From: Vicugna vicugna
Taxonomy: Eukaryota
NCBI GenBank assembly: GCA_013265495.1
Contig: MU061547.1
Coordinates: 62,001-126,000 of the forward strand
Reading direction: 5' to 3'
Length of the DNA stretch: 64,000 nt
Shown: piece after piece, positions 62,000 through 64,000 of the stretch
Numbering within the stretch: the stretch's first letter is position 1
Layout of the letters: the number at the start of each line of letters is the position of its first letter
Made by a program: the position numbers and the translations under genes
Notes under the pieces: model-generated
The model's input: the letters and a program-made list of their open reading frames with translations, nothing else
The model's database searches: none
Told to the model about the DNA's origin: nothing

Positions 62000-63613
62000 G
62001 AAATCAGTACTTTAATATATTGTATTAATACAATAAAGGACAAAAACAATACGATCATATCAATAGAGTCACAAAAGCATGTGACAAAATTCAACACCTC
62101 TTCATGGCAACTCAACAAAGAAGAAACAGAAGGGCACTCCTGAACCTGTGAAAGAACAGCTAACACCATATGTGACTGTGACAGTTTCCCTAAGACCAGG
62201 AAGGAGACAAGGACGTCCATTCTTGCCACTCCTCTTCAACTGTACTGGGGCTTCCAGCCAGGCCAAGTAGGCAGAAGAAAGACAAGAAAGGTATCCAAAT
62301 GGGAAGGGGGCAATGAAATCTCTATTTTCAGATGGCATGATATGGTACATAGGAAATCATAAGGAGCTATTAACACTGACACATGAGTTCAACAGGGTTA
62401 CACAAGACAAGGTCAATATGCAAAAAATCAATTCTATTTCTATACATGAGCAGTGAACATCAAAACATAAAATAGAAAAATTCCATTTACAATAGCATCA
62501 GGAAAAAAACCACATGGGAACATGGCAAGAAGGATGTTAGAAGAGAGATAGTATTAAAAAGAAATTATTCTGATATGTCAAAAGTGGTAAGGAAGAGCAA
62601 TTTGTCGGTCCTCAAAAATTAGAAATACAACTACAATATGGTCTAGAAATTTCATTTCTGGGTATATATCCAAAGGAAAGTAAAGCAGGATATTGAAATA
62701 ATAGCCGTACTTCTGTTTATATTGCACCATTATTCACAGCAGCCAAAATAAGGAAACAAGATAAATGTTTGACAATGGATGAGTGGATAAAGAAGATGTG
62801 GTGTATACACATAAAGGGATATTATCGAGCCACGAGAAAGATGGGAATCCTGCTGTTTGAGGGCACTATGCTTAGTGAGACAAGCCAGACAAAGACAAAT
62901 ATTGTATGAAAATCTGCTAAGGCCACATTTTATATAACTCCATTTATATGAAATGTCCAGAACAGGCAAATCTACACAGACAGAAAGGAGAGTCACTGTT
63001 CTTAGGTCTGGAGGCTGAGGGAGAAATAGGCGTGACTGTACATGGGTACCGGATTTCTTTATTGGGTAGTGAAAATGCTCTAAAATAGTTGTGACGGTCT
63101 CACAACTCTGTGGGTGTAGTGAAACCATTGAGTTGTATAGTTTAAATGAATGAATTGTATGCTCTGTGGATTGTATCTCAACAAAGCTGTTAAAAATGAA
63201 AGGGAGATAAATTAGAAAAGTTTTTGCTACATTTTAAATCTGCTATTTCTGTAATTCTAAAAATAAATAAGTCATTTTAAAGGAGTTGATTAAAAAGGTT
63301 CATTTTCTGAGAACTTTATGCATCTGCATGGATATAGGCTTCTTTCCCAAACACAAAAACTACGTGTCCTCAAAGAGGAAGGTGACGAAGTTTTTCACAA
63401 AAACGTTATTTTCCCAAAATGGAACATGTGTACAAGATTTGGTGCACCTAGCCTCATGCTGAAGGGACTTCCTTACAACACTTGTTTCACCTCTCCAGCC
63501 ATGCATCCTACAGACGGTTTCAAGCTAGATGAAGTTAGTGTACTACAGATGAGTTTGAGATTGGAAGAAAGAATATTGTTAAAATGGCCATACTGCCCAA
63601 GGCAATCTACTTA

Positions 63614-63616
<3 letters not shown>

Positions 63617-63650
<34 letters not shown>
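63617..63650. repeat. (TG)n microsatellite
   Basis: gtgtgtgt... about 17 units. Confidence 0.95.
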
Positions 63651-63651
<1 letters not shown>

Positions 63652-64000
63652 GTTTTTAGTCTTGTAGTTTAACAGATTAAGAGAGGAGATAAACCATGTA
63701 AGTGCTATACAAACTAATAGTCTGTTTAAAAAAAAAGGAATATTCTTGTGTGCCTAGTGCAACAAAAAGATCAAGAAGGATTAGGACTGAACATTCTCCA
63801 CTAAATGTAAGAACAACAAATTTGGGCTTTTTTTTTAACACGGGCATTTTTGATGTTGGTAAGAACCATTCCAATTGACCGCATGAGATTGGGAAATATT
63901 GGAACACGGTGACCAAGTGTGGCCTGACTGCCTCCATGGTAGTGCTCCGTAGAGACATAAACTATTTTCCCACTGAGTTCGCACACATGGGAACTATAAC

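Larger units (their letters stand above)
57740..63200 (+). mobile_element. Old LINE-1 (L1MA/MB-like) ORF2 and 3'UTR, interrupted by an MLT1 LTR and the CAPN15 retrocopy
   Basis: ORF2 peptides (KQSPVPDGFKGEFCQIF) continue across the insertion; 3' end tgtatctcaacaaagctgttaaaaa. Confidence 0.88.

Overview
Mammalian genomic DNA, most likely camelid (tRNA-derived Vic-1-like SINEs; inference), from a guanylate-binding protein (GBP) cluster. Contents: (1) a + strand GBP4/6/7-clade gene with coding exons 24094-36747, a U12-type intron 4, a badly damaged exon 6, and exon 8 cut by a 782-nt assembly gap; (2) a - strand GBP2-like pseudogene (exons 7-11, 48723-54796); (3) a - strand GBP1/2/3/5-type relic with only exons 2-3 (42055-42744); (4) a 5'-truncated CAPN15 (SOLH) processed pseudogene inserted into an old L1 (58942-61999); (5) many L1, MaLR/ERVL, MIR and SINE repeats and a 1.13-kb tandem duplication just after the GBP stop codon. 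The most unexpected signal is an unnamed, decayed, multi-exon coding-like gene on the - strand. It is present in two highly diverged copies (about 1-2460 and about 37010-40000) whose translations align with conservative substitutions and share splice positions. I cannot assign it to a known family. All alignments were done by eye and reference proteins were recalled from memory.
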